Shown in pieces: positions 54,423 to 64,000 of a DNA stretch of 64,000 bases. The notes beneath the pieces were generated by a model. That model searched no databases and had not been told where the DNA came from. It was given only the letters and a program-made list of their open reading frames with translations. The position numbers and the translations under genes were made by a program. Numbering within the stretch: position 1 is the stretch's first letter; each line of letters begins with the position of its first letter. The DNA is from an uncultured Pseudomonadota bacterium (GTDB taxonomy: Bacteria > Pseudomonadota > Alphaproteobacteria > JACZXZ01). The stretch lies in assembly GCA_963749075.1 (NCBI GenBank), contig CAVVLJ010000020.1:64001-128000 (forward strand), read 5' to 3'.

Positions 54423-56547
54423 CTAGGATGCGCCGGGTGCGGCGCCGCGGCGGACGACGAGCGCATCCACCGCCAGCGCGCGCCCCGTGCGCGGATCGAG
54501 GATGAGCGGGTTGAGATCGATCTCCTCGATCTCCTCGCCGAGCTCGGAGAGGAGATCGTCCAGGCGGAGGAGGAGGGGTGCGAGGACGGAGGCCGCATCC
54601 AAGCGGCACTCGCCCCGCTTCTCGAGGATGCGCCCGAGGGCCGGCACCTCCGCGATCATGGCGCGCGCATCGAGCTCGTCGATCGGTGCCACGCGCAGCG
54701 AGAAGGCGCGGATCGCCTCGACCAGGCCGCCGCCGAGGCCGAAGAGGAGGGTGTGGCCGAACTGCGCGTCGCGCTTGCTGCCGAGGATGACCTCGATGCC
54801 GCCCTCGACCATGGGCTGCACGAGGATGCCCTCGAGGCGCGCCCCTGGTGCTCTGCGGGCGACGGACTCGCGGATGCGGGCGAAGGCGCGGCGGAGCTCG
54901 TCGGCCGAGCGCAGCATCAGCTCGACGCCGCCCGCCTCGGCCTTGTGCGGGATATCGGCGGAGACGACCTTGGCCGCGACTGGATAGCCGAGTGCCTCTG
55001 CGGCCGCCACGGCCTCCTCGGGCGTGGTCGCGAGGCGCTCCGCCACGACGGGGAGGCCATAGAGCTCGAGCAGCGACTTGCTCGCGTGCTCGGCAAGCGT
55101 CCGACCCTGGCCGTCAAGGAGCTTCTGCGCCTTCTCGCGCCGCGCCGCATCGGATGACGGCGGCCTCGCCGCAGCTGCCGGCCGCAGGTGAAAGTCGATG
55201 AAGGCCTTGATCGCGCGCATGCCCGGCCCCATGCCCTGGAGATAGGGCACCCCCGCCTTGGCCAGGACTGCGGCCACCTCGGGATGCGGCGGCCGCGAGA
55301 AGTTGTTGAGGAAGACGAAGCTCTTGTCGCTCTCTTGCGAGAATCTCGGCGATGGCCTGGGCCGAGGGCAGGTCGTAGACCGCGGGGCTGTCCTGGGAGG
55401 CCATGACCACGCCGATCTCGGGCTCGGCCGCAAGGAGGCGGAGCGAGCGGCGGAACACCTCGACGCGGTCGAGATGGCTGCCCGCCACGTCGATCGGATT
55501 CTGCTTGGGGCCGAACCAGGGAATGATCTCGGCGAGCGCCTGCCTTCCCTTATCCGAGAGCGGCGGCACCTCGATGCCGCACTCGACCGCGTGATCGAGC
55601 ACGAGCGCGTTCTCGCCGCCGGAGACGCCGAGGAAGCCGAGCCCGCCCGTCTTGGGCGGCCGGCCGTGGCGAAAGATCTCGATCGCCTCCATCCACTCGT
55701 CGAGGCTGTCGCAAAGCGTGATGCCCTTCTGGCGGAAAAGCGCGCTCTGCACCTCGTAGGAGCCGGCGAGGCTCGCGGTATGGGCGGCGCTGGTGGCGCG
55801 GCCCGCGGCGGTGCGGCCGGCCTTGATGAGGATGATCGGCTTCCCCGCACGCCGCGCGTTCTCCGCGGCCTCGACGAAGCGCTGCGGCTTGTTGACGCCC
55901 TCGAGATAGGCGGCGAGCACGCGGCTCTTGGGATCGTCGACGAAATGCTGGAGGTAGTCGGCCGCGGCCACGCCGACCTCGTTGCCGGAGGAGATGATGT
56001 AGCTGAAGCCGATGGGCTTCTCGCCGCGCACGAGCGCCACCACCACGGTGCCGCTCTGGGCGACCACCGCCACGTCGCCCGGGATGAGGTGCTTGGGCGA
56101 GGTGCTGTGGTAGCCGGCGACGCGGTCCTGCACGTTGATCACGCCGAGGCAGTTGGGGCCGCAGAGCAGCATGCCGCTCGCCTCGATGAAGGCCTTGAGT
56201 GCCGCCTGGCGCTGCCGCCCGACCTCGCCCGCCTCGGCGAAGCCGCTCGACATCACGACCGCGGCCGGCACGCCCGCGGCGTGCGCCTCCTCGAGCACGC
56301 TGAGCACGCGCTCGCTCGGAATCCCCACCACGACAAGATCGACCCGCTCCGGCAGGGCCTTGAGGCTCGGATAGCAGGGCAGATTCATCACGCTCTGGTA
56401 TTTGGGATTGACCGGGTAGATGCCGCCCTTGAACTCGAGCTCGAGCAGGTTGCGGATGGCGCCGTTCACCCGGCCGTCTTTCTGCGAGGCACCGACGATC
56501 GCCACCGACCGCGGAGAAAGCAGCGCCTTGAGATCCGTCTTCGCCAA
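54423..56547 (-). pseudogene. Acetate-CoA ligase (ADP-forming) family protein, split by a 1-nt frameshift at about 55342
   Basis: N-part P.SVAIVGAS, SSGFAE, GPNCLG, QSG, SSGNE, HTASLAG; C-part ATP-grasp GYPV..K..HKAEAGGV, FGLGG, DLNPL in another frame. Confidence 0.85.
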
Positions 56548-56692
56548 TCCCCGACCCGTTCCGTCCGCTTGCGGACTTTCTTTCTTGGTGCGCAGCGGCC
56601 GTTCTCTCGCATGTTCGGCTGAGAGAGTCAATTGCACCGCCGCCGGGCGGCGCGAGCGATCCCGGGCCCTAGATGCGGCCGCCCGACCGCTC

Positions 56693-56711
56693 ACAATTTA
56701 TTTCAAATTGT
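56693..56711. promoter_or_regulatory. AT-rich inverted repeat in a divergent promoter region
   Basis: ACAATTT-ATTTC-AAATTGT. Confidence 0.4.
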
Positions 56712-56850
56712 TACTGGTCATCGCGCGCCGGCTCGTATAAGACCGACCGTGGGGAGCTAGCTGGCCCGATGAGAGGTCAGGCGCACCTCGCGGGGAGTCC
56801 GACAGGGAGCCTCGATCCTGAGAACGAAAAACGTCGCCACAGGGGAGACG

Positions 56851-57432
56851 ATGATGGCGAGGACCGATGAAGCCGGCCGCAGCGGCCGCGCGGGACGTTT
56901 GCAACGGCGCAGCCTGCTCAAGCTCGGAGCCTATGCCGCAGCCCTCCTCCTTCCCATGCCGGCGCTCGCGCGCGCGGCGCCGGGGAGCGCAGAGCGAACC
57001 CTCAAGCTCTACAATCTGCACACCGGCGAGCAGCTCAAGGCCACCTTCTGGGCGGCGGGCAGATATCTGCCCGACGCGCAGGCGGAGATCGACCGCATCC
57101 TGCGCGACCATTATTCCGACGAGGTGACGCAGATCGATCCGGCATTGCTCGATCTCCTCTACCGCATCCAGAGCGGGGTCGGCGCCGCGCGGGGGCTCGA
57201 CGTGGTGTGCGGCTACCGCTCGCCCGCGACCAATGCCGAGCTCGTGCGCGAGGGCCGCGTGCACGCGCGCAACAGCTACCACATCAGCGGCCAGGCGCTC
57301 GACTTCCGGGTCCAGGGCCGCGATCTGCGCGGCGTGCGCAAGCTCGCCATGAGCTTGAGGGGCGGCGGCGTCGGCTATTATCCGCGCTCCCACTTCATCC
57401 ACGTGGACGTGGGGCCGCTGCGCCACTGGTAG
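56851..57432 (+). CDS. YcbK/DUF882 peptidase M15 family, Tat-exported
   Basis: RRSLLK signal, LYNLHTGE, GYRSPATN, S.H..GQA.D, GGVGYYP.S.F.HVD.G. Confidence 0.92.
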   Translation: MMARTDEAGRSGRAGRLQRRSLLKLGAYAAALLLPMPALARAAPGSAERTLKLYNLHTGEQLKATFWAAGRYLPDAQAEIDRILRDHYSDEVTQIDPALLDLLYRIQSGVGAARGLDVVCGYRSPATNAELVREGRVHARNSYHISGQALDFRVQGRDLRGVRKLAMSLRGGGVGYYPRSHFIHVDVGPLRHW

Positions 57433-57461
57433 CGCTGCGAGAGGCTTGCGCGCGGGCCTGG

Positions 57462-58109
57462 TCAGAGCAGCCGCGCCACCGCGAGGAAGTCCGCGATGCG
57501 CGCCGGGTCCTTGTGGCCCGGGCGGTCCTCGACGCCCGAGGAGACGTCGACGACCGTGGCTCCGCTCGTGGCTACCGCCTCCGCCAGGTTCCCGGGCGTG
57601 AGCCCGCCCGAGAGCATCCACGGCTTGGACCAGCGCTGCCCGGCGATGAGGCGCCAATCGAAGCTCAGCGCATTGCCGCCCGGGAGTGCCGCGGTCATTG
57701 CCGCGGGCGGCTTGGCGTCGAAGAGCAGCCAGTCGGCGACGCCCTCGTAGTGCTTCGCCTCGCCCACGTCCTCAGCGGCTGCGATGCGGATCGCCTTCAT
57801 GACCGGCACGGCAAAGCGCTCCCTGATGGCGGCGACGCGCTCCGGCGTCTCGCCGCCGTGGAGCTGCAGGAGCTCGAGGCCTGCGGTGGCGATGGTCTCG
57901 CCGAGCGTGCCGTCGTCGGCATCGACGAAAAGCCCGACGCGCTTGATGGTCGGCGGCAGCCTTGCCGCGAGGGCCGCCGCCGTCTCGGCCGTGACGTGGC
58001 GCGGCGAAGGCGGATAGAAGACGAAGCCCACGAAGGCGGCACCACAGGCCGCGGCGGCGGCCGCGGCGACGCTGCTGTTGACCCCGCAGATCTTGGCTTT
58101 CACGCTCAT
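57462..58109 (-). CDS. trpF: Phosphoribosylanthranilate isomerase
   Basis: KICG, GFVFYPPSPR, LQLHG.E, LFDAK, LSGGL, VDVSSGVE. Confidence 0.96.
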   Translation of the reverse strand: MSVKAKICGVNSSVAAAAAAACGAAFVGFVFYPPSPRHVTAETAAALAARLPPTIKRVGLFVDADDGTLGETIATAGLELLQLHGGETPERVAAIRERFAVPVMKAIRIAAAEDVGEAKHYEGVADWLLFDAKPPAAMTAALPGGNALSFDWRLIAGQRWSKPWMLSGGLTPGNLAEAVATSGATVVDVSSGVEDRPGHKDPARIADFLAVARLL

Positions 58110-58152
58110 GAGGCGCTCTCTATAGCAGAGCGCCGCTGCCCGGCGAAGCGCC

Positions 58153-59094
58153 TCAGCCGCCGGTCCTCTCGAGCACGAGCTCGGCCGCGGCGAGGTCCTC
58201 GAGTGCTGCACCCACGGACTTGAAGAGGGTGATCTCGCCGTCGCTGCCGCGGCCCGGCCGCTCGCCGCGGCAGAGCTGGTAGAGATCGCCGGCAATGGCC
58301 GCCTCGCTGAGGGTGCCATTCGCGAGCGGCTGCACGATGTCGCCGGCCTCCTTGGCGGCGCCCGCGCGGGTGTCGACGAAGACGCGGGCGCGGCGGACCG
58401 CCTCGTCGTCGGCTTCGCGCATGGCGGGCGTGTAGCCGCCGACGAGGTCGAGATGCTGACCGGGCCTGAGCCAGCGTCCGCGGACGAGGGGCTCGAGCGT
58501 CATGGTGGCGCAGGAGATGACGTCCGCTTCCGTGACGGCTCTTTCGAGATCGCCCGCCGCGCTCACGGCAAGGCCGGGCCGCGTCAGGCGCTCGGCAAGT
58601 GCCGCCGCCTTCTCGGGATGGCGGCCCCAGATCGCCACCTCGCGGAGCGGCCGCACCGTGCCGTGGGCGCGCACGAGGTGAGGTGCCAAGGCGCCGGTGC
58701 CGACCATGAGGAGGCGGGCGGCATCCTTGCGCGCGAGATAGCTCGCGGCGAGTGCCGAGGCGCAGGCGGTGCGCTTCACCGTCAGGCTGGGGGCGTCGAT
58801 CAGCGCCAGCACGCGGCCGCTCTCGCCGTCGAGCAGGACGTAGATGCCCGCGACGCTGGGCTTGCCCTTGGCCGCGTTGCCGGGAAAGACGGTGACGAGC
58901 TTGATGCCGATGTGGCGGCCCTCCTGCCAGGCGGGCATGAAGAGGAGCGTCGCATCGGCAGCGCCCGGCACTTTGACCGTCTCGTGGGTGCGCAGCGGCA
59001 TCACGCAGCCGGCGCTGAACATCCGCCGCAGCCGCTCGATCAGGCTCGCCTCCTCGAGTGCCGCCTCGACCTCGGCCGCGGTCACCGTGCGCAT
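58153..59094 (-). CDS. Ornithine cyclodeaminase/mu-crystallin family
   Basis: MPAW, K.VTVFP.N, RTA.ASALA, GTGALA, LFKSVG.ALED. Confidence 0.92.
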   Translation of the reverse strand: MRTVTAAEVEAALEEASLIERLRRMFSAGCVMPLRTHETVKVPGAADATLLFMPAWQEGRHIGIKLVTVFPGNAAKGKPSVAGIYVLLDGESGRVLALIDAPSLTVKRTACASALAASYLARKDAARLLMVGTGALAPHLVRAHGTVRPLREVAIWGRHPEKAAALAERLTRPGLAVSAAGDLERAVTEADVISCATMTLEPLVRGRWLRPGQHLDLVGGYTPAMREADDEAVRRARVFVDTRAGAAKEAGDIVQPLANGTLSEAAIAGDLYQLCRGERPGRGSDGEITLFKSVGAALEDLAAAELVLERTGG

Positions 59095-59121
59095 GGTTTC
59101 GTCTCCCGAGACGGCGCGTGC

Positions 59122-59484
59122 TCAGCCGGCGCGCGGCAGCGCGGGAAGGGTCGCCGAGGGAGAGGCGCCGGGTGCCGCGCCGGATGGAGCGGGCGGGGGC
59201 GGCGGGGCGCTGCGCCGCGCCTCGGCGAGCTCCTCCTTGAGGCGCCGGGCTTCCGCCTCGGCCAGGCGCGCGCGCCGTCGCGTCCGGCGGCCCGCGATCC
59301 AGGCGCCGATGCCGCCGAGGACGAAGCCGAGCACGAGGCTCGCGAAGACCCCGCCGTAGAGCGGCAGCTCGAGGGCGAAGGGGAACGGCTCGAGACGCAA
59401 GCTGACCGGCGCGCGGTTGGAGACGGCAAAGAGCACGAGGACGAGCGCCGTTAGGGCGCCGGCGAGCCAGGAGATCAGCTTCAT
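59122..59484 (-). CDS. LapA/DUF1049-family membrane protein
   Basis: FAVSNR..V.L...P; two TM segments plus a coiled coil; follows ihfB. Confidence 0.85.
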   Translation of the reverse strand: MKLISWLAGALTALVLVLFAVSNRAPVSLRLEPFPFALELPLYGGVFASLVLGFVLGGIGAWIAGRRTRRRARLAEAEARRLKEELAEARRSAPPPPPAPSGAAPGASPSATLPALPRAG

Positions 59485-59526
59485 GACCCTGCCCTCGAGC
59501 AGGTGACGGGGAAGCGCGCGTGTGCG

Positions 59527-59817
59527 CTATTTCTTGCCATTGAGCCGCTCGCGCAGCTCCTTGCCGGTCTTGAAGAAGGGGATGTGCTTCTCGCTCACCG
59601 CCACCGCCTCGCCCGTGCGCGGGTTGCGGCCGAGGCGCGAGCCGCGCTTCTTGACCGAGAAGGCGCCGAACCCGCGCAGCTCGACGCGGTCGCCCGCCGC
59701 GAGTGCCGCCGAGATTTCGTCGAAGATTGTAGAGACGATGCGTTCGACATCCCGCTGGTAGAGGTGCGGATTGCGCTCGGCGATGCGCAGGATCAACTCC
59801 GACTTGGTCATCGACAT
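59527..59817 (-). CDS. ihfB: Integration host factor beta
   Basis: [34 protein letters not shown]. Confidence 0.96.
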   Translation of the reverse strand: MSMTKSELILRIAERNPHLYQRDVERIVSTIFDEISAALAAGDRVELRGFGAFSVKKRGSRLGRNPRTGEAVAVSEKHIPFFKTGKELRERLNGKK

Positions 59818-59997
59818 CGACCCCCCTTCCCGGACCTTGTCTTGACCGAAGCGTGCCAAGTTTTGCGAAGCGTGCCAGAGCGGGCCCCGGCCGTCAAGGG
59901 TAAGTCTCTAAGAATACGAGACTTTTTCGCCTGAGCCGCGGCCGAAATCCGCTCGCATTTGCTCTCGTTTTGTGCAAGGGCGGCGGCTGCGGGCAGG

Positions 59998-60038
59998 CAA
60001 AAGCAAAGGGCGCGCCGCCCGGGAAGGCGGCGCGCCCG
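59998..60038 (-). terminator. Intrinsic terminator after rpsA
   Basis: Minus strand GGGCGCGCCGCC-TTCCCG-GGCGGCGCGCCC-TTTGCTTTT. Confidence 0.75.
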
Positions 60039-60065
60039 ATCTCTCCCGCGCGGTGCCGGCGGACG

Positions 60066-61862
60066 CTATTCCTTGGCCTCCTCCTCCTCCTCCTCGGCGC
60101 CGCCTTCCCCCTCGGCGCTGCCTTCCTCCTCGGCGTCGTCATTGTCCTTCGCCTTGGCGGCGCGCTCCTTGGTGGCGCGCGTGAGCGCCGCACCCAGGAT
60201 GTCGCCGAGCGAGGCGCCGCTGTCGGACGAGCCGTACTGCGCCATGGCCTGCTTGTCCTCCTCGATCTCCCGCACCTTGATCGAGAGGCTGTAGCGCCGC
60301 GTGGCGCGGTCGATGCTGGTCACCTTGGCGTCCACCTTCTCGCCGACCGCGAAGCGGTCCGGGCGCTGGTCGACGCGGTCGCGCGAGAGCTCGGCCTTGC
60401 GGATGAAGCCGGTGGCGCCGTCGGCGACGGCGACCTCGATGCCGCTGTCCATCACCTTGGTGATCGTGCAGGTGACCACGTCGCCCTTCTTGATGGCGGT
60501 GGCCGCGCGCTCGAAGGGATCGTCGGTGAGCTGCTTGATGCCGAGCGAGATGCGTTCCTTCTCGATGTCGACGTCGAGCACCCGCACCTTCACCCGGTCG
60601 CCCTTCTTGTAGTCCTTGATCGCCTCCTCGCCCGGTCGGTTCCAGTCGAGGTCGGAGAGATGCACCATGCCGTCGATCTCGCCGGGCAGGCCGACGAAGA
60701 GGCCGAACTCGGTGATGTTCCTGATCTCGCCCTCGAGCTCGCTGCGCGCCGGGTGCTGCTCGAGGAAGGACTCCCACGGGTTCTCGAGGCACTGCTTCAA
60801 GCCGAGCGAGATGCGGCGCTTCTGGGGGTCCACGTCGAGCACCATCACCTCGACCTCCTGGCTCGTCGAGATGATCTTGCCCGGATGCACGTTCTTCTTG
60901 GTCCAGCTCATCTCGGAGACGTGGACCAGGCCCTCGATGCCGGGCTCGAGCTCGACGAAGGCGCCGTAGTCGGTGATGTTGGTGACGCGCCCCTTGAACT
61001 TGGTGCCGACCGGGTACTTGAGGGCGACGCCCTCCCACGGATCGGCCTCGAGCTGCTTCATGCCGAGCGAGATGCGCTGGGTCTCAGGGTTGAAGCGGAT
61101 GACCTGCACGTCGACGTTCTGGCCGATGTGCAGCGCCTCCGAGGGATGGTTGATGCGGCGCCAGGCGATGTCGGTCACGTGGAGGAGGCCGTCGACGCCG
61201 CCCAGATCGACGAAGGCGCCGTAATCGGTGATGTTCTTGACGACGCCCTTCAAGACCTGGCCTTCCTTGAGGTTGGCCACGAGCTCGGAGCGCGCCTCGG
61301 CGCGCGTCTCCTCGAGCACGGCGCGGCGGGAGACCACGATGTTGCCGCGCTGGCGGTCCATCTTGAGGATCTGGAAGGGCTGCGGCTGACCCATGAGCGG
61401 GGAGACGTCGCGCACCGGGCGGATGTCGACCTGGCTGCCGGGCAGGAAGGCGACGGCGCCGTTGAGGTCGACCGTGAAGCCGCCCTTGACGCGCCCGAAG
61501 ATCACGCCGGTGACGCGCTGGTTCTCCTTGAAGGCCTTCTCGAGCTGGGTCCAGGCCTCCTCGCGCCGCGCCTTCTCGCGGCTCAAGACCGCCTCGCCGT
61601 TCTTGTCCTCGATGCGCTCGACGTAGACGTCGATGCGGTCGCCGATCTCGACCTTGCCGCTTGCGCCGTGGCCGCCGAACTCCTTGAGCGGCACGCGGCC
61701 CTCGGCCTTGAGGCCCACGTCGACCAGCGCATAGTCGCCCTCGACGCCGACCACGCGGCCCTTGACGACGGTATGCTCGAAGGTCTCGGTGCTCTTGAGG
61801 CTCTCCTCGAGAAGGGCGGCGAAGCTTTCCTCGCCTGCCGCACGGGTCATGGTCTCTGCCAT
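60066..61862 (-). CDS. rpsA: 30S ribosomal protein S1
   Basis: Six S1 repeats (VKNITDYGAFVDL, RISLG.KQ), AFLPGSQVD, SLGDILG. Confidence 0.98.
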   Translation of the reverse strand: MAETMTRAAGEESFAALLEESLKSTETFEHTVVKGRVVGVEGDYALVDVGLKAEGRVPLKEFGGHGASGKVEIGDRIDVYVERIEDKNGEAVLSREKARREEAWTQLEKAFKENQRVTGVIFGRVKGGFTVDLNGAVAFLPGSQVDIRPVRDVSPLMGQPQPFQILKMDRQRGNIVVSRRAVLEETRAEARSELVANLKEGQVLKGVVKNITDYGAFVDLGGVDGLLHVTDIAWRRINHPSEALHIGQNVDVQVIRFNPETQRISLGMKQLEADPWEGVALKYPVGTKFKGRVTNITDYGAFVELEPGIEGLVHVSEMSWTKKNVHPGKIISTSQEVEVMVLDVDPQKRRISLGLKQCLENPWESFLEQHPARSELEGEIRNITEFGLFVGLPGEIDGMVHLSDLDWNRPGEEAIKDYKKGDRVKVRVLDVDIEKERISLGIKQLTDDPFERAATAIKKGDVVTCTITKVMDSGIEVAVADGATGFIRKAELSRDRVDQRPDRFAVGEKVDAKVTSIDRATRRYSLSIKVREIEEDKQAMAQYGSSDSGASLGDILGAALTRATKERAAKAKDNDDAEEEGSAEGEGGAEEEEEEAKE

Positions 61863-61885
61863 CAAATTCTCCAATCGTCGTTCAT

Positions 61886-61920
61886 GTTTCCGGCCGGCCG
61901 GTTGCATCCGGCGGTCTTTC
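61886..61920 (-). promoter_or_regulatory. Putative rpsA 5' leader RNA structure
   Basis: AAAGACCGCCGG-ATGCAA-CCGGCCGGCC hairpin; resembles leaders I recall upstream of alphaproteobacterial rpsA. Confidence 0.5.
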
Positions 61921-61986
61921 ACAAGTTGCCTGTGCGCTCGCCCGCGTGCGCGTCGCGGGCGTCTCCGTCATCGAGGCGAGGTCCGC

Positions 61987-62631
61987 TCAGCCTCCGGCGC
62001 CGCACTTGGCCAGCACGTGGCCCAGTGCCGCCTGGAAAGCCTCTTCCGCGTCGAGCGTGCTGGTATCGAGCACGATGGCGTCGGCTGCCGGCTTGAGCGG
62101 CGCTACGCTCCGCGCGGCATCCCGCGCGTCGCGCGTCCTCAGATCCTCGAGCACGCGCGCATATATACTGTCAAGCCCCCGCGTTCGCAACTCCTTATGG
62201 CGGCGCTCCGCGCGCACCTCGAGGCTCGCGGTCACGAAGAGCTTCACCCCGGCATCCGGGCAGATGACCGTGCCGATGTCCCGCCCGTCGAGCACGGCGC
62301 CCTTCTTTCCCCCTGGCGGGGCATGGGCGAAGCCGCGCTGGAGATCGACGAGGGCGGCGCGCACGCCCGGCATGGCGGCGACCGTGGAGGCGGCGTTGCC
62401 GACCGCGTCGCTGCGCAGCGCCGGATCGTCGAGTGCCGCGAGATCGACGGTGCCGGCCGCCGCCTCGGCGAGGCGCTCGTCTTCAGGATCGCCGCCGGCC
62501 TTGAGCACGGCCAATCCGACCGCGCGGTAGAGGAGCCCGGTGTCGAGGTGTGCGAGATCGAAGTACCTCGCGAGCCGGCGCGCGAGCGTGCCCTTGCCCG
62601 AGGCCGCCGGCCCGTCGAGCGCTATGATCAT
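61987..62631 (-). CDS. cmk: Cytidylate kinase
   Basis: [32 protein letters not shown]. Confidence 0.97.
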   Translation of the reverse strand: MIIALDGPAASGKGTLARRLARYFDLAHLDTGLLYRAVGLAVLKAGGDPEDERLAEAAAGTVDLAALDDPALRSDAVGNAASTVAAMPGVRAALVDLQRGFAHAPPGGKKGAVLDGRDIGTVICPDAGVKLFVTASLEVRAERRHKELRTRGLDSIYARVLEDLRTRDARDAARSVAPLKPAADAIVLDTSTLDAEEAFQAALGHVLAKCGAGG

Positions 62632-63965
62632 GGCGCCGCGATCCGCGCCCCCAGGCCGTTCATCAGCTGGGCGAAGCCGGGGAAGCTCGTCTCGATCATG
62701 GCGCCGTCGTCGACCGTTACGGCTGCCTTTGCGGCAAGGCCGAGGACGAGGCCGGCCATGGCGATGCGATGGTCCATGTGCGTCTCGACGATGCCGCCGC
62801 CCGCGACCGGTCCGCCCGAGCCGTGCACGATCAGGCTGTCGCCCTCGATCTCCAGCTCGACGCCGTTCCTGGCAAGGCCCGCGGCAATGGCGGCGAGCCG
62901 GTCGCTCTCCTTGACGCGCAGCTCGGCCAAGCCGTCGAAGCGCGAGGTGCCGTGGGCCGCCGCTGCGGCCACGGCGAGGACCGGGTACTCGTCGATCATC
63001 GACGGCGCGCGCGCGGCCGGTACATGCACGCCCTCGAGCCGGCTCCCTGCAACGATGAGATCGGCGACCGGCTCGCCCGCCTCCTCGCGCTCGTTCTCGC
63101 GGCGGATGTCGGCGCCCATCTCCGCGAGGGTGGCGAGAAGGCCGCTCCGCAGCGGATTGACGCCGACGCCCGTGAGCGAGACGCGGGCACCAGGCACCAG
63201 GAGGCTCGCCACCAGGACGAAGGCGGCGGAGGAGATGTCGGCGGGCACGGCCAGGCGCTGCGGCCTGAGCTCGGGCTGGCCCGCGAGCGTCACGCTCCAG
63301 GCGCCGTCATCGCCATGGCCGAGCTCGAGCCTGGCGCCGAAGGCGCGCAGCATGCGCTCGCTGTGATCGCGCGTGCGCACGGGCTCGATCACGGTGGTGG
63401 CGCCCGGCGCGTTGAGGCCGGCGAGCAGCACGGCCGACTTCACTTGCGCGGACGGCACCGGGAGGCGGTAGACGATGGGGAGCGGCTCCGCGGTGCCGAT
63501 GACGGCAAGCGGCATGCGGCCGCCGCTGCGGCTGATCAGGCGCGCACCCATGCGCGCGAGCGGCTCGGCCACGCGCTGCATGGGGCGGCGGCAGAGCGAG
63601 GCGTCGCCGGTGAGAAAACTCGTAAAAGGGTGGCCGGCGAGAAGGCCCATGAGGAGCCGCGCCGCGGTGCCGGAGTTGCCCATGTCGAGCACGCTCGCCG
63701 GCTCCGCGAGGCCGCCCACGCCGCGCCCGTGGACGTGCCAGAGGCCGCTCTCGTCGCGGCGGATCTCGGCGCCGAGGGCGCTGAGTGCCGCTGCCGTGTG
63801 CAGTACGTCCTCGCCTTCGAGCAGCCCCTCCACCACCGTCTCGCCCACGGTGACGGCGCCGAGCATCAAGGCGCGGTGCGAGATCGACTTGTCGCCCGGC
63901 AGCCTCGCGGCGCCGGCAAGGGTTGCGTCGGGGGCTGCGAGCGGCGAGGAGACGAGCGGCTTCAA
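62628..63965 (-). CDS. aroA: EPSP synthase
   Basis: [40 protein letters not shown]. Confidence 0.97.
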   Translation of the reverse strand: MKPLVSSPLAAPDATLAGAARLPGDKSISHRALMLGAVTVGETVVEGLLEGEDVLHTAAALSALGAEIRRDESGLWHVHGRGVGGLAEPASVLDMGNSGTAARLLMGLLAGHPFTSFLTGDASLCRRPMQRVAEPLARMGARLISRSGGRMPLAVIGTAEPLPIVYRLPVPSAQVKSAVLLAGLNAPGATTVIEPVRTRDHSERMLRAFGARLELGHGDDGAWSVTLAGQPELRPQRLAVPADISSAAFVLVASLLVPGARVSLTGVGVNPLRSGLLATLAEMGADIRRENEREEAGEPVADLIVAGSRLEGVHVPAARAPSMIDEYPVLAVAAAAAHGTSRFDGLAELRVKESDRLAAIAAGLARNGVELEIEGDSLIVHGSGGPVAGGGIVETHMDHRIAMAGLVLGLAAKAAVTVDDGAMIETSFPGFAQLMNGLGARIAAP

Positions 63966-64000
63966 GGGCGGCGTTCCCTCAGGCGGCAGGCGTGACGGCC

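Noticed and set aside
59902-59924. AAGTCTC-N9-GAGACTT inverted repeat upstream of ihfB
   Set aside because: It is short, matches no motif I can name, and could be chance.

Overview
This is a high-GC alphaproteobacterial chromosome segment, Rhodospirillales-like by gene content and order (inferred). The backbone is conserved housekeeping: polA; trpB-trpA-accD-folC; leuA; ahcY-tsaE-amgK-murU-addB-addA-trxA; chvI-chvG-hprK-rapZ-EIIA-HPr-ptsI; pckA; and aroA-cmk-rpsA-ihfB-lapA-OCD-trpF. Many small accessory modules are inserted between these genes. (i) A low-GC Type IIG restriction-modification gene is bracketed by a 650-bp direct repeat of the ptsI 3' end, identical by eye, with no integrase or transposase. 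(ii) An internally deleted IS1595-family relic carries a coupled pair of unknown passenger genes, next to a PD-(D/E)XK-like nuclease. (iii) A LacI-controlled NitT/TauT ABC operon ends in an HpsN-like sulfopropanediol dehydrogenase. (iv) At least six type II toxin-antitoxin loci are present. (v) An acyl-CoA ligase / PotBCD-like / crotonase cluster lacks its ATPase. trpF and trpBA are split and face each other across about 53 kb, suggesting an inversion. TrpA carries Asn at the catalytic Asp60 position. A Leu leader peptide, SahR-like and LacI-like operators and several palindromic repeats are visible. No tRNA, rRNA or CRISPR array was recognised. All family assignments come from motif recognition, not database searches.
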